53,404 nt of DNA from NCBI GenBank assembly GCA_965261975.1, contig CBDHEC010000025.1, positions 1 through 53,404 of the forward strand, in the 5' to 3' direction. Positions within the stretch are counted from its first letter, which is position 1; every line of letters begins with the position of its first letter. Below the pieces are notes generated by a model. That model worked only from the letters and a program-made list of their open reading frames with translations, made no database searches and was not told the DNA's origin. This document shows, one piece after another, positions 19,537 through 30,304 of this stretch. A program made the translations under genes and the position numbers. This stretch comes from Alphaproteobacteria bacterium. Lineage in GTDB: Bacteria; Pseudomonadota; Alphaproteobacteria; UBA6615.

Positions 19537-21498
19537 ATGATCGAACTCGCCGTCTTCTTGCCGCTCATCGGCGGCCTTATCGCCGGAATCTTCGGAACCC
19601 GCATGGGCGATCGAGCCGCGCAGCTCGTCACGGTCATTCCCATGCTAATCGCCGCGGTGCTTTCAAGCTACCTGCTCTGGTATGTCGGCATTCAGGGGAA
19701 CGAACGTACGGTCGAGCTGTTTACCTGGATCGATTCAGGAACGCTTGAAGTGAGCTGGGCTCTGCGGGTCGACACATTAACGGCCGTGATGATGTTCGTG
19801 GTCAACGTCGTGTCCTCGATGGTCCATGTCTATTCCGTCGGTTACATGTCCCACGACCCGCACAAGCCGCGTTCATGGCCTATTTGAGCCTGTTCACCTT
19901 CTTCATGCTGGCGCTCGTGACGGCGGATAATTTCGTCCAGATGTTCTTCGGCTGGGAAGGCGTCGGGTTGATGTCGTATCTGCTGATCGGATTCTGGTTC
20001 GGGCGCCCGTCGGCCAACGCCGCGCCATCAAGGCGTTCGTCGTGAACCGGGTGGCGATTTCGGTTTCATGCTGGGCATCTTCGGCGTTTTCTTCGCCTTC
20101 GGAACCCTCGATTTCGACACGGTCTTTGCTGCCGTTCCGGACTTGGCGGGGCGGACCTTCAACTTCCTGTCAATGGAAGTGGATATCGTCACCACGCTCT
20201 GCCTCCTGCTGTTCGTGGGTGCGATGGGCAAGTCGGCGCAGATCGGCCTCCACACATGGCTGCCCGATGCGATGGAAGGCCCCACGCCGGTCTCGGCGCT
20301 GATCCATGCCGCAACGATGGTAACGGCCGGCGTGTTCATGGTTGCGCGCCTGTCACCAATGTTCGAGTTCGCGCCCCTGGCGCTGACCGTCGTTGCCTTC
20401 GTCGGCGCACGACGGCTTTCTTCGCCGCGACGATCGGGCTGACCCAGTTCGACATCAAACGGGTCATCGCCTATTCGACCTGTTCCCAGCTGGGCTACAT
20501 GTTCTTCGCCATCGGGCGTGGGCGCTTATCCGGCCGCGATTTTCCACCTGATGACCCACGCCTTCTTCAAGGCCCTGCTGTTCCTCGGGCGCCGGCAGCG
20601 TCATCCATGGCATGGATGACGAGCAGGACATGCGCAAGATGGGCGGCCTGTATCCGAAGATGCGCAAGTACACCGCGGTCCTGATGTGGATCGGCAGCCT
20701 GGCGCTCGCGGGAGTCGGAATCCCGCTGCTGGGGATCGGCTTTGCCGGCTTCTACTCGAAGGACATCATCCTTGAATCCGCTTTCGCGGCCCATACGGGG
20801 ATGGGGCAATATGCTTTCTGGGCGGGTATTGCGGCGGCGTTGATGACGGCCTTCTACTCCTGGCGCCTGCTGTTCCTGACCTTCCACGGCAGGACACGCG
20901 CGGACGACCACACCTTCGACCATGCGCATGAATCTCCGCTCGTGATGATCGCGCCGCTTTTGGTGCTGGCGGCCGGGGCCCTCTTCTCCGGCGCACTCGC
21001 GTTTGAGTACTTTGTCGGCCATGACATGGATGATTTCTGGCGGTCACTTCGATCCTGATGACGTCGAGCAACATCATCGAGGACGCCCATCATGTTCCCA
21101 AATGGGTGAAGTTCTCCTGCCGATCGCCGTCGGGGTTATCGGTATCCTGGGTGCCTTGGTTCATGTACATGGCCAAGCCCGAACTGCCGGCACGCGTTGC
21201 CGGCGCGATGCTTTCGGCCGATTTACCGCTTCGTCTTCAACAAGTGGTATTTCGACGAGCTCTATGACCGCATCTTTGTCCGCCCGTCCTTCGTTCTGGG
21301 ACGCGGTCCTCTGGAAGTCGGGCGATGGCGCGGTCATCGACGGGGTCGGCCCCGACGGTATCGCCGCACGCGGTACGCGATCTTGCCGGCCGGGCATGAG
21401 CCGGCTGCAGTCGGGTTTCGTGTATCACTACGCCTTTGCCATGCTGATCGGCCTGGTGTTGTTGGCCACCTGGTTCCTGCTTCGGGTTCTTCCGGTAG
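19537..21498 (+). CDS. nuoL: NADH-quinone oxidoreductase subunit L (many frameshifts in this sequence, probably errors; end approximate)
   Basis: NuoL motifs are spread over several frames: [95 protein letters not shown]. Confidence 0.9.
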
Positions 21499-21511
21499 GG
21501 GCGGCGGCATC

Positions 21512-23045
21512 ATGGATTCGGGTTCCCAATTCTCTTCGCTCGTCACCTTCCTGCCGCTGGTCGGGGTCGCTGTTCATCCTGGCCATACGCGGCGACCGAG
21601 GAGCATATCGTTGCATCGCGCAACGCGCGCTGGGCGTGGCGCTGTGGACGTCGCTCGATTACCTTTTTGATCAGTCTGCTGCTCTGGATTCAATTTCGAT
21701 CCGACCACTTCGGACTTCCAGTTCGTCGAGAAGAATCGAATGGCTGCCGGCCTTCGATATTTCCTATCACATGGGCATCGACGGGATTTCGCTGTTCTTC
21801 GTCATCCTGTCGACATTCCTCACGCCGATCTGCGTGTTGGCCTCCTGGAAGGCCATCACGTCGCGGGTGAAGGAGTACATGATCGCGTTTCTGGTGCTCG
21901 AGACGTTGATGATCGGCACCTTCGTCGCGCTCGACTTCCTGATGTTCTACATCTTCTTCGAAGCGGTCCTGATCCCGATGTTCATCATCATCGGTGTCTG
22001 GGGCGGCCCGCGACGGGTCTATTCGGCCTTCAAGTTCTTCCTCTACACGCTGGCCGGGTCGGTGCTGCTGCTGGCTGGCGCTCCTGGCGCTGTATTTCGA
22101 AGCCGGCACAACCGACATCCCGACCCTGATGGCCTTCGACGTCCCGGCCGAAATGCAAACATGGCTGTGGCTCGCCTTCTTCGCATCCTTCGCCGTGAAG
22201 ATGCCCATGTGGCCGGTGCACACCTGGCTGCCCGATGCCCATGTGGAGGCCCCGACGGCCGGGTCCGTGATTCTGGCCGGTGTGTTGTGCTGAAGATGGG
22301 CGGCTACGGGTTCCTGCGTTTCTCGCTGCCGATCCTGCCGCTGGCCTCGGAACAGTTCGTCCCGCTCATCTACACGCTCTCGGTGATCGCGATCATCTAC
22401 ACCTCGCTTGTGGCGCTCGCACAGGAGGACATGAAGAAGCTGATCGCCTATTCGTCCGTGGCCCATATGGGCTTTGTGACCATCGGCATCTTCACCGCAA
22501 CCCAACAGGGGATCGACGGTGCGATCTTCCAGATGCTGAGCCACGGCGTGATTTCAGCGGCGTTGTTCCTGTGCGTGGGTGTCGTCTATGACCGCGAGCA
22601 CAGCCGCGAGATCGCCCATTATGGCGGGCTCATCGAACGAATGCCAAAATTTGCCTTCGTGTTCATGGTGTTCATGCTCGGGTCTGTCGGTCTGCCTGGA
22701 ACCAGCGGATTCGTCGGCGAATTCCTGATCCTTCTGGGGGTCTTCCAGGACAACACCTGGGTAGCCTTCTTTGCCGCGACCGGCGTGATCCTGGGGGCGG
22801 CCTACATGCTGTATCTCTACCGCAGGGTGATCTTCGGCAAGCTCGAGAAGGAATATCTCAAGAAGATCATGGACCTGGAACCACGCGAGGTCGCGATCTT
22901 CGCACCGCTGGTCGTCCTGGTTCTCTGGATGGGCATCTGGCCCGACCCGTTCCTCAGCGTGTTCGATGCGAGTGTCTCGAACCTCCTTGCCAATTATCAG
23001 TCGGCCCTGTCCTCGGTTGAGCCGCTCAACCTCGCAGGCCGTTAG
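21512..23045 (+). CDS. nuoM: NADH-quinone oxidoreductase subunit M (frameshifted in the 5' half, probably errors; start approximate)
   Basis: [40 protein letters not shown] (in an alternate frame), [32 protein letters not shown]. Confidence 0.9.
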
Positions 23046-23061
23046 GCGGAAGGCGCAGAAA

Positions 23062-24507
23062 ATGAATATTGCCGTCGATATTTCTGCCGTTTGGCCCGAG
23101 CTTTTCATCGCGATCGCTGCGATGGTGATGCTGATGTACGGCGCGTTCCGGGGTGAGGATTCAACCCGTTTCGTCACCTGGGCCGGTGTTCTCGTGATGA
23201 TCGTGGCCGCACTTCTCGTGCTGGCTGGGCCGAGCGGTCAGACCACCGCCTTCAATGGCCAGTTCATGGTCGATGCATTCGCGGTCTTTACCAAGGTGCT
23301 GCTGATTACCGGTGCGGCACTGGCCCTGATTCTGGCCCAGCCCTACAACATGCGCGAGGGCATCAAGCAGTTCGAATATCCGATCCTCATGGTCTTTGCC
23401 GTTCTCGGCATGATGATGATGGTGTCCGCCAACGATCTTCTGTCCCTGTATGTCGGCCTGGAGCTGCAGAGCCTTTCGCTCTACGTTCTGGCCGCGATCC
23501 GACGCGATAATCTGCGTTCGTCCGAAGCCGGTCTCAAGTATTTCGTGCTGGGTGCTTTGAGTTCGGGAATCCTGCTTTACGGCATGTCCCTGATCTACGG
23601 TTTCGCCGGGACCACCAGCTTCGAGGGCCTGGCCACGATCTTTGCCGCCGAAAGCGATGCGCCCGTCGGGGTGATCGTCGGATTGGTCTTCATTGCCGCC
23701 GGGCTCGCCTTCAAGGTCTCCGCGGTGCCGTTCCATATGTGGACGCCGGATGTCTACGAGGGCGCACCGACCCCCATTACGGCCTTCTTCGCCGTGGCAC
23801 CCAAGATCGCGGCCATGGCCCTGTTTGTTCGAGTGATGCTCGAACCGTTCGGTGACCTGGTTGGTGAATGGCAGCAGGTGATCTGGTTCATCTCGCTATC
23901 CTCGATGATCCTCGGTTCCTTCGCTGCCATCGTGCAGACCAACATCAAGCGCCTGATGGCCTATAGCTCGATCGGCCATATGGGGTTCGTGCTGGTGGGG
24001 CTTGCCGCGGGCAACGAGCAGGGCGTGCAGGGCATCCTGCTCTATCTCAGCATCTACCTGTTCATGAACATGGGCACCTTTGCCTGCATTCTTGCGATGC
24101 GCCGGCAAGGTCGGATGGTCGAGGAAATCGACGAACTCGCCGGCCTTAGCAAGACCAACCCCTATCTGGCTGCGGCTTTGGGGATTTTCATGTTCTCGAT
24201 GGCCGGCATTCCGCCGCTCGCGGGTTTCTTTGCCAAGTTCTACGTGTTCCTGGCAGCGATCGAGGCGGGGCTTTATGTGCTCGCCGTGGTCGGCCTGCTG
24301 ACCAGTGTCGTGGGCGCCTACTACTACCTGCGGATCGTCAAACTGATGTATTTCGACGAGCCCGCCGAGGCGTTTGACCGCGCGCCGGGTCGCGAAATCA
24401 CCGTGATCGTGACCGTCACCGGCCTGATCACCGTCTTCTTCTTCATCGGCATGGCACCGGTCCTGAGCGGCGCCGAGGCGGCCGCGGCGGTTCTGTTCGG
24501 GGCATGA
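23062..24507 (+). CDS. nuoN: NADH-quinone oxidoreductase subunit N
   Basis: [64 protein letters not shown] at 23062 chosen. Confidence 0.97.
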   Translation: MNIAVDISAVWPELFIAIAAMVMLMYGAFRGEDSTRFVTWAGVLVMIVAALLVLAGPSGQTTAFNGQFMVDAFAVFTKVLLITGAALALILAQPYNMREGIKQFEYPILMVFAVLGMMMMVSANDLLSLYVGLELQSLSLYVLAAIRRDNLRSSEAGLKYFVLGALSSGILLYGMSLIYGFAGTTSFEGLATIFAAESDAPVGVIVGLVFIAAGLAFKVSAVPFHMWTPDVYEGAPTPITAFFAVAPKIAAMALFVRVMLEPFGDLVGEWQQVIWFISLSSMILGSFAAIVQTNIKRLMAYSSIGHMGFVLVGLAAGNEQGVQGILLYLSIYLFMNMGTFACILAMRRQGRMVEEIDELAGLSKTNPYLAAALGIFMFSMAGIPPLAGFFAKFYVFLAAIEAGLYVLAVVGLLTSVVGAYYYLRIVKLMYFDEPAEAFDRAPGREITVIVTVTGLITVFFFIGMAPVLSGAEAAAAVLFGA

Positions 24508-25277
24508 CCGCTCACCCGGATGTACCGCCGGGTTGCCAACTGATTGTTCGAGACAGCGTCGGCAGCACCAGCGAGGATGCCAAGCAACTGGCCGCTGAGG
24601 GCGCGCCGGGCCTCACAGTCGTGTGGGCGCAGGAACAGACCGCGGGGCGCGGGCGACACGGCAGAAGCTGGAATTCGCCGCGCGGAAATCTATACCTGTC
24701 GATTTTGCTGCGCCCGGATTGCGCGATTGCGGAGGCGCCGCAGATCGGTTTCGCCGTGGGAGCCGCGATGGCCCGCGCGATACGGGAAGCGGCGGGCGCA
24801 GATGTCGAACTGAAATGGCCCAATGATCTGTTGCTCGGCGCTGAGAAGATATCCGGCATACTTCTGGAAAGTTCCGCACAGCCCGGTGGCCGCCTGGACT
24901 GGGTGGTGGCCGGTATTGGGGTCAATGTCGACAGCCAGCCCGATATTCCTGGTGCGACCTGTTTGCGCGCCCGCGGTCACGGCGTCGCGGTCGAGGCGTT
25001 GCTTGAGGCGTTCCTGCCGCATCTCGTTGATTTGCTCGACATATGGGCGCGGGACGGGTTCGGGCCGATCCGTGCGATATGGTCGGCGCTGGCGTTAGCA
25101 ACGGGTACGGAACTCACGGTCAAGTTGCCCGACGGGGTCCGCGCGGGCGAGTTTGCCGGGATTGATGGCCAAGGTAACCTGATGCTCGAGACGGCCGATG
25201 GCACCGAACATATTGCGGTGGGGGACGTTTTCCCGGTAAGCACGGTCTCCCGAGATGATGGGGCAGGAGCCAACTGA
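24504..25277 (+). CDS. birA: Biotin--[acetyl-CoA-carboxylase] ligase (no N-terminal HTH)
   Basis: [34 protein letters not shown]; conserved position after nuoN. Confidence 0.95.
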   Translation: MTAHPDVPPGCQLIVRDSVGSTSEDAKQLAAEGAPGLTVVWAQEQTAGRGRHGRSWNSPRGNLYLSILLRPDCAIAEAPQIGFAVGAAMARAIREAAGADVELKWPNDLLLGAEKISGILLESSAQPGGRLDWVVAGIGVNVDSQPDIPGATCLRARGHGVAVEALLEAFLPHLVDLLDIWARDGFGPIRAIWSALALATGTELTVKLPDGVRAGEFAGIDGQGNLMLETADGTEHIAVGDVFPVSTVSRDDGAGAN

Positions 25278-26050
25278 TGCTGCTTGCGGTCGATTGCGGC
25301 AATACCAATACCGTCTTTGCGGTTTTTGAAGGCGATGTGCAGCGCGGACAATGGCGGATTGCCACGAACGCGCAGCGGACGTCGGACGAGTATGCGGTCT
25401 GGTTGACCCAGCTCATGTCGCTCAGCGGGCTGAATGTCGACGACATCAATTATGCGATCGTCACCACAGTGGTACCGGGCACGCGCCGGAACCTCGACGA
25501 CCTGCTGGAATCCCATTTCGGGGTCACGCCGCTGGTGGTTCGCGACCCGGACGTCGAGCTTGGCATCGAGGCCCTGATCGACCGCCCCGAGCAGGTTGGC
25601 GCCGATCGACTGGTGGCGGCTGTGGGTGCGCATCTCAAGCATCCCGGTGATCTGATCGTGATCGATTTCGGCACCGGCACGACGTTCGACCTGGTCGACG
25701 ATGCAGGAAACTTCCGCGGTGGCGTGATCGCACCGGGCATCAACCTGTCCGTCGAGGCGCTGTATATGGCGGGCGCGTTGCTGCCGCGGGTGAATATAGA
25801 AAAACCCGACAAGGTCATTGGCGGGGCCACGGTACCGGCCATGCAGTCGGGCATATTCTGGGGCTATGTCTCCATGATCGAAGGCATGGTACCGCGCATC
25901 GCGGCGGAATACGGAAAACCCGTGACAGTGGTCGCCACCGGCGGTCTCGCCCCGTTGTTTGCCGATGTCACCGATGTGATCGATGCCACCGAGCCTGATT
26001 TGACCCTGGCCGGATTGCGCGAAATCGCCCGGCGCAACGGAATCGCCTGA
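25277..26050 (+). CDS. coaX: Type III pantothenate kinase
   Basis: LAVDCGNTN, GADR, IDFGTGTTFD, GGVIAPG, VATGG. Confidence 0.95.
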   Translation: MLLAVDCGNTNTVFAVFEGDVQRGQWRIATNAQRTSDEYAVWLTQLMSLSGLNVDDINYAIVTTVVPGTRRNLDDLLESHFGVTPLVVRDPDVELGIEALIDRPEQVGADRLVAAVGAHLKHPGDLIVIDFGTGTTFDLVDDAGNFRGGVIAPGINLSVEALYMAGALLPRVNIEKPDKVIGGATVPAMQSGIFWGYVSMIEGMVPRIAAEYGKPVTVVATGGLAPLFADVTDVIDATEPDLTLAGLREIARRNGIA

Positions 26051-26073
26051 CGGCGACCCCCCAAAGGAAGAGC

Positions 26074-27738
26074 ATGATACCCGGTTCCGACGAAGTCCTC
26101 TTCGTGCCCCTTGGCGGCACGGGCGAGATCGGTATGAACTTCAATCTCTACGGCCATGACGGCGCGTGGATGATCGTCGATTGCGGCGTGACCTTCGGCG
26201 ACCCCTTGTATCCGGGGGTCGATGTGATGACGGCCGACCCGGCATTCATTGAAGACCGGCGGGACAAACTGGCCGGCCTGCTGGTCACCCACGCCCATGA
26301 AGACCATGTCGGGGCCGTCGCCCACCTCTGGCCGCGGCTTAAGTGTTCGGTCTATGCGACCCCGTTCACCATGGCGGTCCTGCGCCGCAAGCTCGAGGAG
26401 GCGGGGCTCGCCGGCAAGGTGCCGGTGCATGAGATTCCGCTCAGCGGGGACGTGTCGATCGGCCCGTTCGATCTGACCCTGGTCACCCTGACCCATTCCA
26501 TTCCCGAACCGAACGGGGTGGTCATAAAGACCGGCGTGGGAACCATCTTCCACACCGGTGACTGGAAGCTCGATCCCGACCCGCTGGTTGGCGACACCAC
26601 CGATGAGGCAGCCTTGCGGGCGGTTGGCGATGCCGGCGTGCTTGCCATGATCGGGGATTCCACGAATGCGACCGTCGAGGGCGAGGCTGGTTCTGAAGCC
26701 GAGGTGCGCGACAGTCTGCAGGAGCTCGTCGGGAGCTTTAAGGAACGCGTCGCATTCGCCTGCTTCGCCAGCAACATCGCGCGGGTGCAAACCGTCGCCG
26801 AGGTGGCCCATGCCCATGGCCGCGCGGTGGGGCTGGTCGGCCGTTCCCTGTGGCGGATGACGGAAGCGGCACGCGCCACGGGCTATCTGCGCGACCTGCC
26901 GCCCTTCGTGCGCGAAGACGAGGCGATGCTGCTGCCGCGCGACAAGGTCGCGCTGATCTGTACCGGCAGCCAGGGCGAACCCCGGGCGGCCCTGTCGCGG
27001 ATCGCGCGTGACGATCATCAGAACATCACGCTCGACAGCGGCGACACGGTCATCTTTTCCTCCCGGATCATCCCCGGCAATGAGGTGCCCATCGGGCGTC
27101 TGCAGAATCAGCTGACGGCGATGGGCGTCGATGTGATCACGGAGAAGGATCACTTCGTCCATGTGTCCGGGCATCCCGCCCGCGATGAGTTGCGCCAGAT
27201 GTACCAGTGGATCAGGCCGGCAATCGCGGTGCCGGTGCATGGTGAGGCGCATCATCTGCGCGCCCATGCCGAGCTGGCGCGGGAATGCCAGGTACCCCAT
27301 GTGCAGATTATCGAGAATGGCGATGTCCTGCGGCTGCATCCCGACGGGCCGGAGATCGCCGGCCAGGTCCAGGCCGGTCGCCTCGCGGTCGACGGGCGGG
27401 ACCTTATTCGTCTGGACGATTCAAATCTGCGCGAGCGCAACCATATGCTCTGGAACGGCGCGGCGACGTTGACGATTGTCGTTGACGGCAAGGGCCGGGT
27501 GGTGACGGAGCCGCAATTGTCCGCGCAAGGTGTGCTGGGCGACACGGATGATGACTTTGACCTGATGGACGATGTGATCGACGATGTCCTCGATGCGCTC
27601 TCCTCGGCCAAGGCAAACGCGCGGCGCGATGATGAGGCGCTGAGCGAGCATCTGCGCCGGGCGGTGCGTAAGAGTTTTCGGGCGCGACGGGGCAAGAACC
27701 CGTCGACCGAGGTACATTTGGTGCGCCTGGACGACTAG
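26074..27738 (+). CDS. rnj: Ribonuclease J
   Basis: PLGGTGEIGMN, THAHEDHVG, HTGDWK, DSTNA, TGSQGEP, HVSGH, PVHGE. Confidence 0.96.
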   Translation: MIPGSDEVLFVPLGGTGEIGMNFNLYGHDGAWMIVDCGVTFGDPLYPGVDVMTADPAFIEDRRDKLAGLLVTHAHEDHVGAVAHLWPRLKCSVYATPFTMAVLRRKLEEAGLAGKVPVHEIPLSGDVSIGPFDLTLVTLTHSIPEPNGVVIKTGVGTIFHTGDWKLDPDPLVGDTTDEAALRAVGDAGVLAMIGDSTNATVEGEAGSEAEVRDSLQELVGSFKERVAFACFASNIARVQTVAEVAHAHGRAVGLVGRSLWRMTEAARATGYLRDLPPFVREDEAMLLPRDKVALICTGSQGEPRAALSRIARDDHQNITLDSGDTVIFSSRIIPGNEVPIGRLQNQLTAMGVDVITEKDHFVHVSGHPARDELRQMYQWIRPAIAVPVHGEAHHLRAHAELARECQVPHVQIIENGDVLRLHPDGPEIAGQVQAGRLAVDGRDLIRLDDSNLRERNHMLWNGAATLTIVVDGKGRVVTEPQLSAQGVLGDTDDDFDLMDDVIDDVLDALSSAKANARRDDEALSEHLRRAVRKSFRARRGKNPSTEVHLVRLDD

Positions 27739-27772
27739 CCGTCCGGGTTGCGTAACAAGGAGGCGTTGGCAA

Positions 27773-28177
27773 GTGATCGGGCGTTTGAATCATGTGGCGA
27801 TCGTGGTGTCGGACCTGGCGGCCGCGGCCGCGATCTACCGGGACACGCTGGGCGGGTCCGTGTCCGAGCCTGTCGATCTGCCGGCGCACGGGGTAACGAC
27901 CGTCTTCGTGAACCTGCCCAATACCAAGATCGAGTTACTGCACCCGCTGGGCGAGGATTCACCCGTCGCGCCGTTCCTGGAGAAAAACCCGTCCGGCGGC
28001 ATGCATCATGTCTGTTACGAGGTGGATGATATCTACGCCGCCCGCGACCGGCTGGTGGCCGAGGGCGCGCGGGTGCTGGGCGACGGCGAGCCCAAGCCCG
28101 GCGCCCATGACAAGCCGGTGTTGTTCCTGCACCCGAAGGATTTCTGCGGCACGCTCGTGGAACTCGAACAGGTCTGA
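27773..28177 (+). CDS. mce: Methylmalonyl-CoA epimerase
   Basis: RLNHVAI, KIELLHP, GGMHHVCYEV, FLHPKDFCGTLVELEQ; GTG start after AAGGAGG. Confidence 0.93.
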   Translation: MIGRLNHVAIVVSDLAAAAAIYRDTLGGSVSEPVDLPAHGVTTVFVNLPNTKIELLHPLGEDSPVAPFLEKNPSGGMHHVCYEVDDIYAARDRLVAEGARVLGDGEPKPGAHDKPVLFLHPKDFCGTLVELEQV

Positions 28178-28183
28178 TCCGCC

Positions 28184-28438
28184 ATGAACTCCGTCACAGC
28201 CGTCGTCCTATTCATCATCATCTGGTGGCTCACCCTGTTCATCGTGCTGCCCTGGGGCGTGCGGCGGACGGAAAACCCTGAAGAGGGGCATGACCATGGC
28301 GCCCCGGCGCGGCCCATGCTCATACGCAAGCTGCTGATCACGACCGGCATCACCATCATTCTGTTTGCCGCCGTGTATGGGGTCATCGAGTTCAGCGGTA
28401 TTTCGTTGCGTGAACTGTCCGACAAGTACCGCCTCTAG
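28184..28438 (+). CDS. DUF1467 family small membrane protein
   Basis: IIWWLTLFIVLPWGVR...GHDHGAP motif; usual position after mce. Confidence 0.85.
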   Translation: MNSVTAVVLFIIIWWLTLFIVLPWGVRRTENPEEGHDHGAPARPMLIRKLLITTGITIILFAAVYGVIEFSGISLRELSDKYRL

Positions 28439-29634
28439 ACGCCGAAAAACCCGGCCACCGCCGCCAGCATGACCACCAGCCAGGGCGGCAGGCGCCAGAA
28501 GGCGAGCAACACCACGGCGACGACCACGGTCGCGAAGTCCGATGAATCCCGCACGCTCGATGTCCACACCGGCGTGAACAGCACCGCCAGCAACAGCCCG
28601 ACCACGGCCGCGTTCACGCCGCTGAGCGCGGACCGTATCCGGGCGCGGGAACGTAACGCGTCCCAGTAGGGCAGGGTCGCACCCAGCAACAGGAATGACG
28701 GCAGGAACACCGCCACGATCGCCAGCACCCCGCCGGTCCAGCCGCCGAGATAGCCGTTGCCCGGATCGATGATATTGCCGAGATAGCCGGTCAGCGCGAA
28801 CATCGGCCCCGGGATCGCCTGGGCAGCACCATATCCGGCCAGGAACGCGTCCGTGGATGTCCAGCCGGTGGGCACCACTTCTGCTTCCAGCAATGGCAGC
28901 ACCACATGCCCGCCGCCGAAGACCAGCGAGCCGACCCGGTAAAACCCGGTGAAGGCATCGAGGTTGCCCGACTGCGTGCTCTCGGCAAGGATCGGCAGGC
29001 CGAGCAGGAGCAGCAGGAACACCGCAAGCAGCAACAGGCCAACGGAGCGGTTGCCCGAGGCGGGGGTCGCGTTCGATGTGTCCAGCGGCGCATCGCGCAG
29101 GATCAGGCTGCCTGCGATGGCCGCGGCCGCGATCACCAGGAGCTGGAACCAGGCGGCACCGGCAAACAGGATGACCACGCAGGCAATGGCCGCGAAGCTG
29201 ACGCGCAGGGCGTCACCACAGGCATTTCGCGCCATGCCCCATAATGCGTTGGCGACGACCGCGACGGCGGCAAGCTTGAGGCCGTGGACGACGCCCTGGC
29301 CGGCGGCGGTCTCGGCGAAGGACAGGCCGAAGCCGAGGCCGATCATGATGATCGCCGCGGGCGTCGTGAAACCCAGCCAGGCGGCCACCCCGCCCAGCCA
29401 GCCGCGCTGGATCATGCCGATGGCGATGCCGGTCTGGCTCGAGGCCGGGCCGGGCAGGAACTGGCAGAGGGAAACCAGGTCTGCATAACCGCGCTCGTCG
29501 ATCCATTTGCGGCGATCGACGAACTCGGTCCGGAAATAGCCGAAATGGGCGACGGGGCCGCCGAACGCGGTCGCGCCCATCACCAGAAAGGCCCAGAAAA
29601 TGCCCCCAAGGCTCGGCTGCTCGGCAGGCTGCAC
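28435..29634 (-). CDS. chrA: Chromate ion transporter (long-chain CHR family)
   Basis: Two homologous halves: AFGGPVAHFGYF / CQFLPGPASSQ and VFGGGHVVLP / AQAIPGP. Confidence 0.92.
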   Translation of the reverse strand: MQPAEQPSLGGIFWAFLVMGATAFGGPVAHFGYFRTEFVDRRKWIDERGYADLVSLCQFLPGPASSQTGIAIGMIQRGWLGGVAAWLGFTTPAAIIMIGLGFGLSFAETAAGQGVVHGLKLAAVAVVANALWGMARNACGDALRVSFAAIACVVILFAGAAWFQLLVIAAAAIAGSLILRDAPLDTSNATPASGNRSVGLLLLAVFLLLLLGLPILAESTQSGNLDAFTGFYRVGSLVFGGGHVVLPLLEAEVVPTGWTSTDAFLAGYGAAQAIPGPMFALTGYLGNIIDPGNGYLGGWTGGVLAIVAVFLPSFLLLGATLPYWDALRSRARIRSALSGVNAAVVGLLLAVLFTPVWTSSVRDSSDFATVVVAVVLLAFWRLPPWLVVMLAAVAGFFGV

Positions 29635-29700
29635 TGGAGGTTGCGGTGGCGTGGAAATCGGTATTCTCTCTGTCGGACGAAACGGTAAGGGAATTTTGAC

Positions 29701-30249
29701 GTGTCAGGATACTGCGATATTGCGCCGGGTCACGAGTGGCACGGACCCTATCATGATACCGAATACGGGTTTCCAACGGACGACGAATCCGCCCTGTTCG
29801 AACGCCTGATTTTGGAGATCAACCAGGCAGGGTTGAGCTGGCTGACGATCTTGCGAAAACGCACAGGTTTCGTGGCAGCGTTCGAGGGTTTCGATGTCGA
29901 GACGGTCGCCAATTATGGCGCGAAGGACCGTGAGCGCCTGCTTTCCGACGCGCGCATTATCCGCAACCGGCTGAAAGTCGATGCGGCGATCCACAATGCG
30001 CAATGCATCGTTGCGATGCGGGACAGCCATGGCGGTTTTTCTCAATGGCTCAATGAACAACATACCCATATCAAGCTCGATAAGGACGCTTGGGTGAAGC
30101 TGTTCAAGAAGACCTTCAAGTTCACCGGCGGCGAGATCACCGGCGAGTTCCTGATGAGCACTGGGTATCTGCCCGGCGCGCACCGGGAGAGCTGCCCGGT
30201 CTTTGCGGAGATCGCTGAAAGGGAGCCGCCCTGGATGACGGTGGGTTGA
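29701..30249 (+). CDS. tag: DNA-3-methyladenine glycosylase I
   Basis: YHDTEYG, LFERLILEINQAGLSWLTILRK, IIRNRLKV, FKFTG; Zn ligands N-terminal Cys/His and C-terminal HxxxC. Confidence 0.93.
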   Translation: MSGYCDIAPGHEWHGPYHDTEYGFPTDDESALFERLILEINQAGLSWLTILRKRTGFVAAFEGFDVETVANYGAKDRERLLSDARIIRNRLKVDAAIHNAQCIVAMRDSHGGFSQWLNEQHTHIKLDKDAWVKLFKKTFKFTGGEITGEFLMSTGYLPGAHRESCPVFAEIAEREPPWMTVG

Positions 30250-30252
30250 ACG

Positions 30253-30283
30253 AAAACGGGCCGGGAAAATCCCGGCCCGCTTT
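30253..30283. terminator. Bidirectional intrinsic terminator between convergent tag and NCS2 permease
   Basis: AAAA-CGGGCCGGGA-AAA-TCCCGGCCCG-CTTT. Confidence 0.75.
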
Positions 30284-30304
30284 GCATTTGTATGGAGTTC
30301 GTCG

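Noticed and set aside
21003-23045. 680-aa ORF that looks like a NuoL-NuoM fusion
   Set aside because: It is a mosaic of in-frame and out-of-frame stretches created by the indel cluster, not a credible fusion protein.
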